Under the pieces are notes generated by a model that was not told the origin of the DNA, did not search any database, and saw only the letters and a program-made list of their open reading frames with translations. Positions 53,790 through 64,000 of a DNA stretch of 64,000 bases are shown one piece after another; position 1 is the stretch's first letter; each line of letters opens with the position of its first letter. The position numbers and the translations under genes were made by a program. The DNA comes from Isurus oxyrinchus (lineage: Eukaryota): NCBI GenBank assembly GCA_026770705.1, contig JANJGN010000034.1, positions 6,820,001-6,884,000 of the forward strand, in the 5' to 3' direction.

Positions 53790-54530
53790 GAAGAAACAGT
53801 AGATAACACGTTATGCGTTGGAATGATGCAATGTGTGCCGTGACACAGTTATCAGTGCTGGGACCTCTACTGCTTCTAAATTATTTTAATGAGTTGGATG
53901 AAGGGAATGAAGGGATGGTTGCCATACTTGCTCGCCACTCAAACATAGGTAGGTAATAAGCCATGGAGAGTGGATAGGGCGCTGCAAACATATAAAAACA
54001 GAATAATTGAGTGGGCAAAGACCTTGCAGATAACGTGGGGAAATGTGAAATTGTCCGTTTTTGTTCGGAAAAATAAAAATCAAACATGTTGTCTCTCCGG
54101 TGTGAGATTGCAGAGCTCTGAGTTGTTAAGGGATCTGGGTATCGTAATGCATTAATTACAAAAGGCTGCAATGCAAGTACAGAAAGTAATTAGGAAAGCT
54201 AATAGGGTGTCAGCATTTATTGCGAGCGGAAATGAATACAAAAGTAAGGAGGTTACTTTTCCGTTGTGCAGGGCATTAGTGTGGCCACGTTAGGAATACC
54301 GTGTACAGTGCTGGTCACCTTATATAAGGAAGGACTAATAGCTGGAAAGGGTATGTTGTCTCACGAGGAAAAGCTGGGCAGATGTTGTTTGTCTCCGCTG
54401 GAGTTTAGCAAAGTAAGAAGCGAATTGATTGAATGATATAAGATCCTGAGGGGCCTTGACAGGGTGGAAGAGTAGAGGATGGTTCACCTTTTGGAAAAAT
54501 CTAGAACCCCGGTCTCCTGTATGCAAAAAA
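53790..54530 (+). mobile_element. CR1 LINE RT fragment
   Basis: tcagtgctgggacctctactg…aatgagttggatgaaggg ~ SVLGP…NDLDEG; EWAKTLQ and RDLGIVMH motifs. Confidence 0.8.
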
Positions 54531-55070
54531 GTTAACGGACCACGAAGGACAATGGTAATGTACAATTCGAAGGCGGCCACAGTAATTTTTTATTGCCCTG
54601 TGCATTCAGTTTCCAAGACTCCCCAGGCCTATTCCATTCTATGTACAGGACGCTCGGACTGTCCTTGAACGTAAAGGGCATTTTATAAAAATAGTGTTTA
54701 ACAGTGTCTCCAAAAGTGCAGTAACTGTTCGCTTTAGATGGCAGATAAGATACTCTCATCAGAGTTTCTGACAGATGTTATTCCCAATTCCCACCCAGAG
54801 TGATATCATTGCATTAACTTCTGAGGCCAGATCTTCCACGCCTCTTCTTTTTAAGTCATTGGGGTAGTGAACCTCTTTGAAGGCCATAAAATGCTAATTG
54901 TCGGGCGGTGTTCAAAACTGATTGCAGTACCCAAAGATCAGTTCCTAATCTAAGTATGCACTTTAAGTGTTCATTTACTCATTGAAACACAAGTTCTGTT
55001 GTATATTTCACTGCATTGCCAAATTTAAGGCTTGTGTATTCTAATAAATAAACATGTCACTCCTTTACAG

Positions 55071-55097
55071 AAAACAAGCTAAAATTGAAAGAGGATG
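55071..55097 (+). CDS. 27-nt-class micro-exon H (ENKLKLKED), last or penultimate coding exon
   Basis: ctaat…tcctttacag acceptor; AAAACAAGCTAAAATTGAAAGAGGATG then gtaatt; ExKL…D pattern of exons E/G. Read-through gives GN-stop (TGA at 55103-55105). Confidence 0.6.
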
Positions 55098-55129
55098 GTA
55101 ATTGACTAAAACGTTATTTTTATTTGCAG

Positions 55130-55143
55130 AATTGAAGATTTGA
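55130..55143 (+). CDS. Candidate terminal coding segment ELKI*
   Basis: ttatttttatttgcag acceptor, phase-1 AATTGAAGATTTGA; starts EL like the 36-nt class, but lies only 32 nt after the exon H donor. Confidence 0.35.
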
Positions 55144-56025
55144 TTGTATTTTCCTCAACCGTCCAATTTGGAAATTAGAATATGTCATCTGGGATGACAG
55201 ACATTTCATAAGTTTTTCTCAATATTCGGGGCTATGAATCAATTGCTGGCAGAATGCAATCCCAGCCTTTTTCTTTTTGCATTAATATCCACTCCACAGG
55301 CTTGCTTTTACATTATTGACTGGTATAACAGTGCAGTACTTAGGGCGCTGCATGGTCGGATGGGCATTTAGGAGGAGCCTGTATTGCACTTAAGAAGGAT
55401 CAGTACTGAGGTAGAGCCCCAGTGACCTATTGGTGCTGCACGTCAGAAGGTACAGAAGGATCAGCATCAGGCTGTGAATAATGTTTGTTAAATCCGATGG
55501 AAAATCGCTGCTGTTCCACGTGGTAAGAGGAGGAGGGGAGTTGCGACGATGGTACACCCAACATTGGTATTTCATTCAGCATCATGCTGAACTTACTATT
55601 TGATGATTTTATAGTGAATTTCACCGAAGTTAAAAGGGGAAATTGGAGGGATGAATTCGTGTTCGTTTTTCCCCGTTTTGGCTTCATTTTAATGTTTCAA
55701 ACTGCCGAAGTATTACATTGAGTCCTCTATTATTAGCTAATGTCAAAGACAAGAGCTGGAATTGTACTCTGTCTCTAATCCGAGGGTAGGTTTGCAGTTG
55801 CGCGGATCTAATATCAGCTGGCATGACAACCATGCATGCCTGTCTCTTGCACACCGCTGCTATGTTATCAGTGTGAAAACATGTCAAGTGGCGATATCTC
55901 CAGGTGTACTCTAATGGCATTGGAGCGGGTAATCGGGTGATGTGTCAGTGTCCATTGATGATCATTATTTAACTAGTTGCTTCCCAGTCACGCTGACGTC
56001 CCTGTTTTTTTCTTTACTGACGTGG

Positions 56026-56737
56026 GCAAGTTTCTATTTTCTCCATATTAATGTTTCACTTTCCCTTCGCAAGATTGCCTGCTTAATCATGAACTTGTCT
56101 GGCCTTGAAACCATTTTTTATTTCTCATGAGAAGCCATTTGTTTTCCTCTTAACAAACTTCATGCAATTTCCCTTCATAGGCGAATTGGTTGCGTGGTAG
56201 AGCAAAAAGGGCACTTGCTGGTTATATACCTCTCAGTGGATTCACTGTCGGGCACCAAGTGCTCTGGAATGTCCTCCCCGTCCCACTTGATCATTATCCC
56301 TCATTATGAATTCAACCCAGGGGGCCTGTCCATGGTGTGGACAAAAACAGCCCGGTTTTTTCAAACCTGCCTCATTACAGGTGAACGACATTTCTTCTGA
56401 GCATTTGAAAAGATTAAACACACATGATGGAACACAACCTATTCATAACGAGGGATAATGATCTGGTGGGATGGGGAGGACATTCCAGAACATTTGAATC
56501 AATGTTGGTGCCCGACAGTGAGTCCACTGAAAGGTATATAACCGGCGGGCGCCCTTTCTGCACTACCACGCAACCAATTAGTCTGTGAAGGGAAATTGCA
56601 CGAACGTGGTTAAGAGGAAAACAAATGGCTTCACATGAGAAACAAAAAAGCGGTTTCAAGGCCAGACACTTTCATGATTAAGCCCGCACCCTGCCAAGGG
56701 TAAGTGAAACATTAATATGGAGAAAATAGAAACTTGC
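56026..56737. repeat. Long inverted repeat / foldback (MITE-like)
   Basis: Arm 56026-56311 is the reverse complement, with mismatches and a small indel, of 56441-56737 (gcaagtttctattttctccatattaatgtttcactt vs aagtgaaacattaatatggagaaaatagaaacttgc). Confidence 0.92.
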
Positions 56738-56809
56738 GACTATATAGATTTCTTTTGACACTCACCAGGAGTATCAATCATCTTAAAAGCCAGGCAAGAT
56801 TTTTTGAAA

Positions 56810-57180
56810 CCAAAATAAAAATACCTGGAAAAGCTCAGCAGTTCTGGCAGCATCTGTGGAGAAGAATACAGTTAATGTTTGGAGCCCATATGCCACTTCA
56901 ACATAACTAAGCTAAAATAGAAAAGAAGTTAAATATAAACTAGTTTAAGGGGGTGTTGGGGTAACAAGTAGAGCTGGATAAGGAGCCAGTGTTAGGTGGA
57001 GAAAGCCAAAAGATGTCATAGACAAAAGGACAAACAGTTGTTGAAGGTGGTGATAGTATCGAAGGAATGTGCTAATTAAGGTTAGAAAGCAGGACAAGCA
57101 AGGTACAGATATCCCTAGTCGTGTGTGTGTGTGCTTGGGGGGGGGGGGGGGGTGAAGGGAAGGGATCGAAATAGGTTAAA
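56810..57180 (+). repeat. Shark Penelope-associated repeat
   Basis: atacctggaaaagctcagcagttctggcagcatctgtggagaagaatacagttaatgttt…. Confidence 0.7.
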
Positions 57181-57199
57181 TTTTTTGAAGCCTAACTAT

Positions 57200-57535
57200 T
57201 ATAATTCCGGGAAGACTGCTGATAATTCAAGCACAGCAATCTCCAAAAAGAGTTTTTTGATAATGACCAGGAATTCTAGCGTTTATGAGATGCCGATTGA
57301 GTGGAAATATGAGCCATGCATCCATGCAGCATCTCTTCTTCAAAGCGGGACGTGAGATCCTTTGCACCACCAAGCAAACACAAGACCCTTGTGGCTTTCA
57401 CTTCTCAGAAGCAGCGTGCACCTTCAGTATGGCACTGGGGCGTGAAACTTGTGTTTTGTGCTCAAGACTTCAATGCAAATTGAAGCTATAACATCTGACT
57501 CAAATGCAAGAGTGCTACCACTGAGCAGCAGCTGG
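57200..57535 (-). mobile_element. tRNA-derived Deu-domain SINE (SacSINE1-like) fragment
   Basis: Reverse strand begins gctcagtggtagcactcttgcatttgagtcaga…cttgagcacaaaa. Confidence 0.6.
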
Positions 57536-57879
57536 CTGTTGTATAACACAATTTTATAGCGATAGTAATCCCAAACGCTAAAATAAATATTCAGTCTTCA
57601 ATTGAAATTGCATTGTCACAATTGGTGCTTATTAATTCAAATAATAAGCCTGGAAATGAATGCAAGCAACATCAGTGAATATCATGAATGAGCAGATTGC
57701 CACAAACGTCCAGCAGGGGAGGAAATCATGCGTCAGGTGAAGCTTAAATGTGGCCTCAGAGGAAGGTTCACTTACGCGACTTAAAGCTGCACTGTTAAAT
57801 GGTCATGGAGCCATTCAGTTGACTCAAACTGCTGGAGAAGAGTCAAATATGAATAACAGAGGCAGACCATTAGTCCTGA

Positions 57880-59290
57880 ATGGGGCATCACAAACAAAAA
57901 AATCAGACTCTGCAAAATCCTCATAAGTAGCATCTGAGGATATTATCCAGAATTGGATGAGCTTACCCACAGACTAGGAACCAAGAACCATGCATTGCAA
58001 TTTTCATGCAATAATAACTTATACCCAGTGTCACAGAATGTCTTTTTTCATTGCTCAGTATATCGTTCTACAGATCCATCTGAGAACTCCAGTGGTGATA
58101 TGGACGAATAGTTGGGAGTAATTGGCTCTTGAAGATATTCCAATTCCCTCTGGGCCCCATGATATCACTTGTTATCAAGTCAAAAATTGACAACGAAATT
58201 TCTGACTGATTACCTCCAAACAGTCTCCTTCCACTGATGAGTCAACGCTCCCCCATTTTAAGCACCAGCAAGGCGCAACACTTAAGGGAGCAAAGGCAAC
58301 CAGTGCATTCAGCATTCGTGTTTTCAAATCCCATGACCAATAGTGGCTTGAAAGCACCTCAACTCACCGAATCTCCTGACTCCTGGAAAGCTCATCTGCA
58401 GCACTGTCCTAGCTGAAAGTGATGAGAGAGTCAGCACGAGGGGAAAAAGGCACTTGGACTTCCCTCATAGGCAGCTATCAGATGCGCATTGATGTATGAG
58501 AATATTGGAGGGGTAACCAGCATAGACTCCTTGTGGAGATAAAGCCCCGTTTTCACAATGAGGCCACTGTCCAACGTTTTGTGTAGTAGAAAATCAGTGC
58601 CCAATGTCCTTGATCCCAAACTAAACTCGTAGCTCAAAACTGGGCATCCATAAGACTAGATGTGGCATCCACAGTAGCACAATTATTTTAAGCACACCCT
58701 GTATTCACATCCATAGCCCTACTTACATAATTACCATCAAGCCAGGAGGCCAAAGTTGGCTTAACAATGAATCTGGTGATTAGGCCAAGAACACGATCAG
58801 GCGTTAGTATGAAAGTGGTGACAAACTGTTGAAACTGCAACACAGGAATGCAGTAATGATAAAAAGTGGAACTCATGCCATAAAGAGATAGACAGTAGAT
58901 CACATAACCAAACGGAATTTTTATAATCCCAGTATGAATACTGGTCGTTAAACAAACAATGATCTGGAGATAGAGGCACCAAAAACATTTTCACTGTCAA
59001 TATTGTGGGGAGCCTACCATGCCTGTGCCAACATTACGGCCGAATAATTTGAAACCATCTTCAGCCGGAAGTGGCGAGTGCTTGATCTAACTTGGTCAAC
59101 TCCTGAGGTCGCCATACGTAAAGATGCTGGTCTGAAGGCCTTGCACACAGAGGAAAAAAAACAACAACTTTGGGCCCTCACAACATCCCATGCTACTCCG
59201 GCTGAACTGCTGAGGGCCTGTGCTCCAGCGCAAATCTTAGCTGAACGCTTCCAGCAGAGGTAGAATTTTGAGACCTAATGGCTAATTTTG
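57880..59290 (+). mobile_element. Decayed LINE (APE to pre-RT region), same family as 18090-20200
   Basis: cccacagactaggaaccaagaaccatgcattgcaattttc ~ HRLVKQxPDIVIL; ccatcttcagccggaagtggcgagt shared with 46540. Confidence 0.65.
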
Positions 59291-60639
59291 TAAATGCAAT
59301 GAATTCATGTGCATCAGGCAATATCGGTCCTGAAGTTGTCCAAGGTTGCGCTTAATATTCATCCCTCAATCAACATGATATAAAATAGCTTGCCGGCTTA
59401 AGTAACGGCTCATTACATGAAATTCATGAGGAATGATACTCTTCAATCCATCTGTTATGTTAAACATTCCTAAACTATAATCAAAAGTGATGATTTAACA
59501 TCAATTACTTTGAAGGTAAAAAGGTCAGCTGCTGCTCAAATTTATCTGATATTCTAATCGTTCCATGCATTTCCATTTTGATATACCACTTCTTTTTTGT
59601 AATTTCCCGACCTCTCTGCACTCGTCAAAACTTAAGAGGCCCATGTGTGAAATAGATATCGCTGAAATGTTGTTGGCATTGCCTTCCCCTGTCTTCTCCT
59701 AAACAATGTTACCGAGACAGCCTTTGTATCAGAAATTCTAAAGTCGGATATTAGTTAAAGCCTACCTCTTGCAGCAATATTTGCAATAATTCCAAAGCGG
59801 TGTTTATTTACTCTTTTGTTAACATGTTTACTTGTCATGCATGCTCTGTGGGAGCTGATGCACGTTTTAATTGTTTGTTACTCTCTTATGTAAAGGACGA
59901 AATATTAATGCAAAATATTGCAGTATGACATTAACGTGCTAATAAACTTCCTTTCCGCAATTCCAGAACTCGTTGCATGCAACAAATCTTTGCAAGATTT
60001 TGGTACGAAAAGCTGCTTTCTGCTTTTACAAATCTTGAATTGCTATAGATCGTGCTCTTCAGTGCCATTGATTCACGTCGATCTAAACATCAAGGTGGTC
60101 CATACAATAAAGCATATTTCACTCTTTTGTTTATACAGGCACATGGCTGTATGTGGCAGCATTTTGCAAATATTTCAATTCAGCATCGTTCAATGTCGCA
60201 CAAAAATTTTCATTTGGAGAAATATGCATTATAGAACGGCGTTCTTGGCAACATAGGTTGTTTTCATCATAAGCCTTTTGTTAATTACAGAAGAGAAGAT
60301 GGTATCAAAAGATTGCGGTAATATATTTTGAAACTGAATATCCTGGATAACTGTATAAAAAGTAATTGGATCAGCACATGGCACGTCAGAACTTTCAAGG
60401 CTATGGGCTGATCCAGTGCTGATAAATTGGAATGGGTAGGTAGGTCAGGTGTTTCTCGCGTGTCGGTTCAGGCTCGATGGGCCAAAATGCCACTTCTGCA
60501 CTCTGTGATTCTGTGATTCACAAACATATTAAATTTGGAATTAATAAGAAGGTTGAATTAGGAGCAGCTACTTCAACCACACGGACCAGATTCCCCATAG
60601 GTACTTTTGGCCAGGTTTCCTTCAAATATGAAGCAAAGA

Positions 60640-61715
60640 ACGTTTTGCAGGACAAAAGTGAAGAAATCCAACAGAGTATTTTATTCACGATGGGGATAAT
60701 TAGTATGGTTAAAGTGATGATGATGGCAGATCTAATTATGAATAGTCATTCCTCTTGTTTCTGAGGATGGTGATTAAAGCGGGATGAAGTTTATTAAATT
60801 GCTGACGTTGATGATGTTTCTGATAGAACTAAAGGATGCTGAAAATGCTAGTGTTGTTGCAAATATATCTGATGACGAAAATAAAAATAACGGTGATGGT
60901 TATAACTATTTCAATGACAGGGGGAAAAAGATGAAGGAACATCCCCATTCTCAATGACGCCAGAGTTTGGACCATGAGGGAAAAACACAAGTCTGAAGAT
61001 TAGCCAGCTTAAAAAAGAATGAGCAGGGGAAGCCCCAAATCCTTTACTTCCCGAGGTCTCCACAGCCAAAGCTGCCATGCTTCAGAAATACAAACGCACT
61101 ACACGTGGTGACAAGGAGATGCATGTTAGCACTGGATGCAGAAAACACAAAGGGTCCCCCAAAATTTCGAGACTGCCTTCTTGAATGTTCTCCACAAGTA
61201 GATAACAATATAGCCAACATTTTCCAGTATAGATGAAACAGTGGCACCAACTTGACAAAGCAGAAAACTGGAAAAATATTGTTTGTCGACCGATAGCATG
61301 ACAGAACAAATTGAGCCAACTACACGCAATCAAATCTCAACTCATAATTTTCAGAATTACGGAAAATGCCTGAGACACTGCCAGCAGGTTTAACTTACTC
61401 AGCTCCTCACTGATATTTACTTTGGGTAACATTTGGCCGAATGGACTCAAATCCTCACACTACACCGACGGATCTTGAACAGAAGAACCGATTTTCGGAA
61501 AGAAGGGGCGAGTGAATGACTTTGACATCAAGGTGGTATTAGATAAATTGCATAGCTAATATTGAAATCAATGCGAATCAGACGACAATCTGCTCTAAAG
61601 TTTGGAGTTATGGGCAACGGAGAACAAGCTGCTGACGCTGTTAAATGACGACCAACTCAGGCCCGGAACATCACAACTAAAGTTGCAATGTCATTGCCCT
61701 AAGACCAGATTTTTT
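60640..61715 (+). mobile_element. Probable piggyBac-type transposase relic
   Basis: Acidic N-terminal stretch, then in order SIDETVAP (~61226), TDSMT, HNFQNYGK (~61343), IYFxxN (~61415), RW and CPK (~61695), matching piggyBac IDE/YNFxIYxGK/DNxF/PCP motifs; heavily disrupted. Confidence 0.5.
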
Positions 61716-64000
61716 TATTCATTGAATCATTAAATTCCAATGCAACATAAGAACATGTTTGGAAATAATTGAGAAATATTTTCCCTTCCCCGGATTATTG
61801 CATTCGCTTTCCTTTGTAACTATTTGAACCGCGTATCTGCTTCTGTCTGCAATAAGCAGAGGTTGAATGGCATTGAACTTTGGGATAGTAAGTGGAAATA
61901 AACAGCCAAAGCAGCCCCCTGACTCGGTATTCTAAGCGGAGAGCATTAAGATTTCCACTTAATATCAATTGATTCCTTATCACTAAATTAGAAATGATAA
62001 CAATTTGATGTTATCAATGGGCAGAAAATTACTTAGAGAGCAGAAACAATGCATGCACATAGAGTATTGAAAGTCAGAGCATTCTACAAAGAGAACACTA
62101 CAAGGTCTTCAAATAATGGTGGACATGCAGTGAAATGTCATCTCTCAGAGGGTCATTAAGTTTTCATTGAGAGCAATGGGGGCTGGGTCATTGAATACAT
62201 TCAAGACTGAGTTGGACGGATTTATGTTCGATAAGTTCGACTGATGGATGTCATGAGTTTCTGTCATGGGTGTTAATGCAATTGGAAGGGCGAATTATTG
62301 ACCCACAGACCTTTGCAGATATCGGGAAGGCTACAACACGAGGTCGTGGCATCCGGGTGAATATTATGCCCTGTCGCATATTTGTACTGGTAGGCTTCTT
62401 TCCGTGTTTTGAATTCGATGCAGCTTGATATAAAATGAACAGGGGTGTTCCAGAATATGATTTTTGAAATGCTAAATCTATTGTTTACATTCATTTCCTG
62501 CTCAGGACTGCAATGGTTAGTCAGTCCTGGTTCACGCGGGTTGGGACTTTATTCACTCACGTCCACACAGAACTGAGATTTCTACCTCCTCCATTCTGTT
62601 AATAAATGTCGAATTGTCTTAACCCACATTCATGACCTAAAGCAGTTCACAATGAAATCCATATCCGGATGAAGTTCTAAGAAAACAGTGCATCTGAAAA
62701 GGGGCTGTCAACACTAAACTTGAAAGAAAACTATTTTTTCTTTCGATATCTCTTTTTCTACTGTTTTGTATAAACAAATGAACATCTCTAATGCGGAACA
62801 AACAATGTTGAACACGTTAGAACCTGGGAACTTGTTTAGCGCTTCACTTCAACAGTTATTGGGAGCTGCAATTCTGCACCATGTACAATGTTACATTATG
62901 TTCAGACAAATACAATCTGGAAGAATCTGTTTATCTTGCAGAATCGGAAACAAATTAAAAGTTATTGATTCATATGGCCTCAAGCTACTCAATACCTGAC
63001 TTCCGCATCATGGAAGTTAATGATTGGGTGAAGCTCCTTTTCCTGTTAATAGTTTAATGCGAAACTTCACAGTACAGGTCTTAAACTCTTCTGTGTATCT
63101 GCTGTTCTTCATCATGCATGGACTTCAACCTTTAATTAAATAGGGGTTGATATTCTGGTTTGACATTATGGTTGAAGGAAGTATAGAGCGGTCTATTAAG
63201 TTACAGATTATGGTGGGAAATAATGTTCTGTTAATCATTTTGCACAACAACTTAGAGATGTATAGATTTGTGTTGCAGTTACCAAGAGTGGCATAGTGTT
63301 AGCGCTGCACAGCATAATGGAGATTTTGCTCAATTTTGATAAAAGCATCTTCATCAGCACAAGGGCTGTACTGTGGACAACGCTTCAAATAACCTCAAGA
63401 CACGAAACGCCTGCGACGAGTAGATTCATATTAGGTGACGGCGAGTTCATATAGCTTTTGAAGTCATGATTCATCTCTTCTAGTCGGCCTCCGGCCCATT
63501 CCGTGAGATGTGTCCTTTAGGACTCGCCCATTTCATCCACTATTGATGGAAGCAAAGAGATCCTGCTAATGAATCTTGAATTACATCATCCTCTGACTGT
63601 TCTGTATGCTTTGCCTATCTACCATGTGAGGGCAATCTGCACTACTATGGCTTTATCACGTGAGGGGAGACAGTCGGCTGCAAACAGCAGCAGGGTTCAT
63701 TGCCACTGATTCAACTGATACTGTGAGACGCCATTAGGTTTGCACTCAATGATCAAAATTGCCTTCTGAGTCCACGCCCCTGTGCCTCCTGCGTGTGTGT
63801 CTCTATCCTGCTGACTAGCCAGAAAATGTGCATAAATGTATTTTGAGATGGCTGAAATTCTTTGGATATGAGTATATTCTGATGTTTCGTCACGACTCTG
63901 TGGGAAAAATCTTTGAAATTCAGCATGAATCAGTTAACTAATCTGTAGGCTCTATGGGTTTTTGGAGGTTGAATCTTTCTAGTGCTTAAGTTGTTGTTGC

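Noticed and set aside
55150-64000. B30.2/PRY-SPRY or C-type lectin terminal exon
   Set aside because: No such motif or long exon-sized ORF recognised downstream.
1-64000. Prokaryotic-type systems (CRISPR, operons), rRNA or intact tRNA genes
   Set aside because: Sequence is vertebrate intronic/intergenic; tRNA-like heads are SINE-derived; no regular repeat-spacer arrays seen.

Overview
Eukaryotic, repeat-dense DNA whose repeat content points to a cartilaginous fish (shark-type CR1 and L2 LINEs, Deu-domain and other tRNA-derived SINEs, Penelope-associated repeats). None of the supplied ORFs is an intact gene; most are decayed TE fragments or noise. The main signal is invisible to the ORF track: a + strand series of phase-1 micro-exons alternating 27 and 36 nt (11142, 14618, 16931, 20804, 26898, 29261, a donor-dead copy at 36179, and 55071). 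They splice in frame into a leucine-zipper-like coiled coil with a Cys every 21 residues, probably the 3' part of a gene whose 5' exons lie upstream of the window. A BG/butyrophilin/MOG-like tail is one hypothesis for it. The array grew by ~8.4-kb tandem duplications (three units, ~20.2-45 kb), with the two complete units each carrying one 36+27-nt exon pair (three heptads). Also present: a decayed Ty1/Copia (GalEa-like) LTR element nested in a CR1, a ~710-bp foldback inverted repeat just downstream of the putative stop, and a probable piggyBac transposase relic. TE boundaries are approximate and read by eye; splicing is inferred, not observed.
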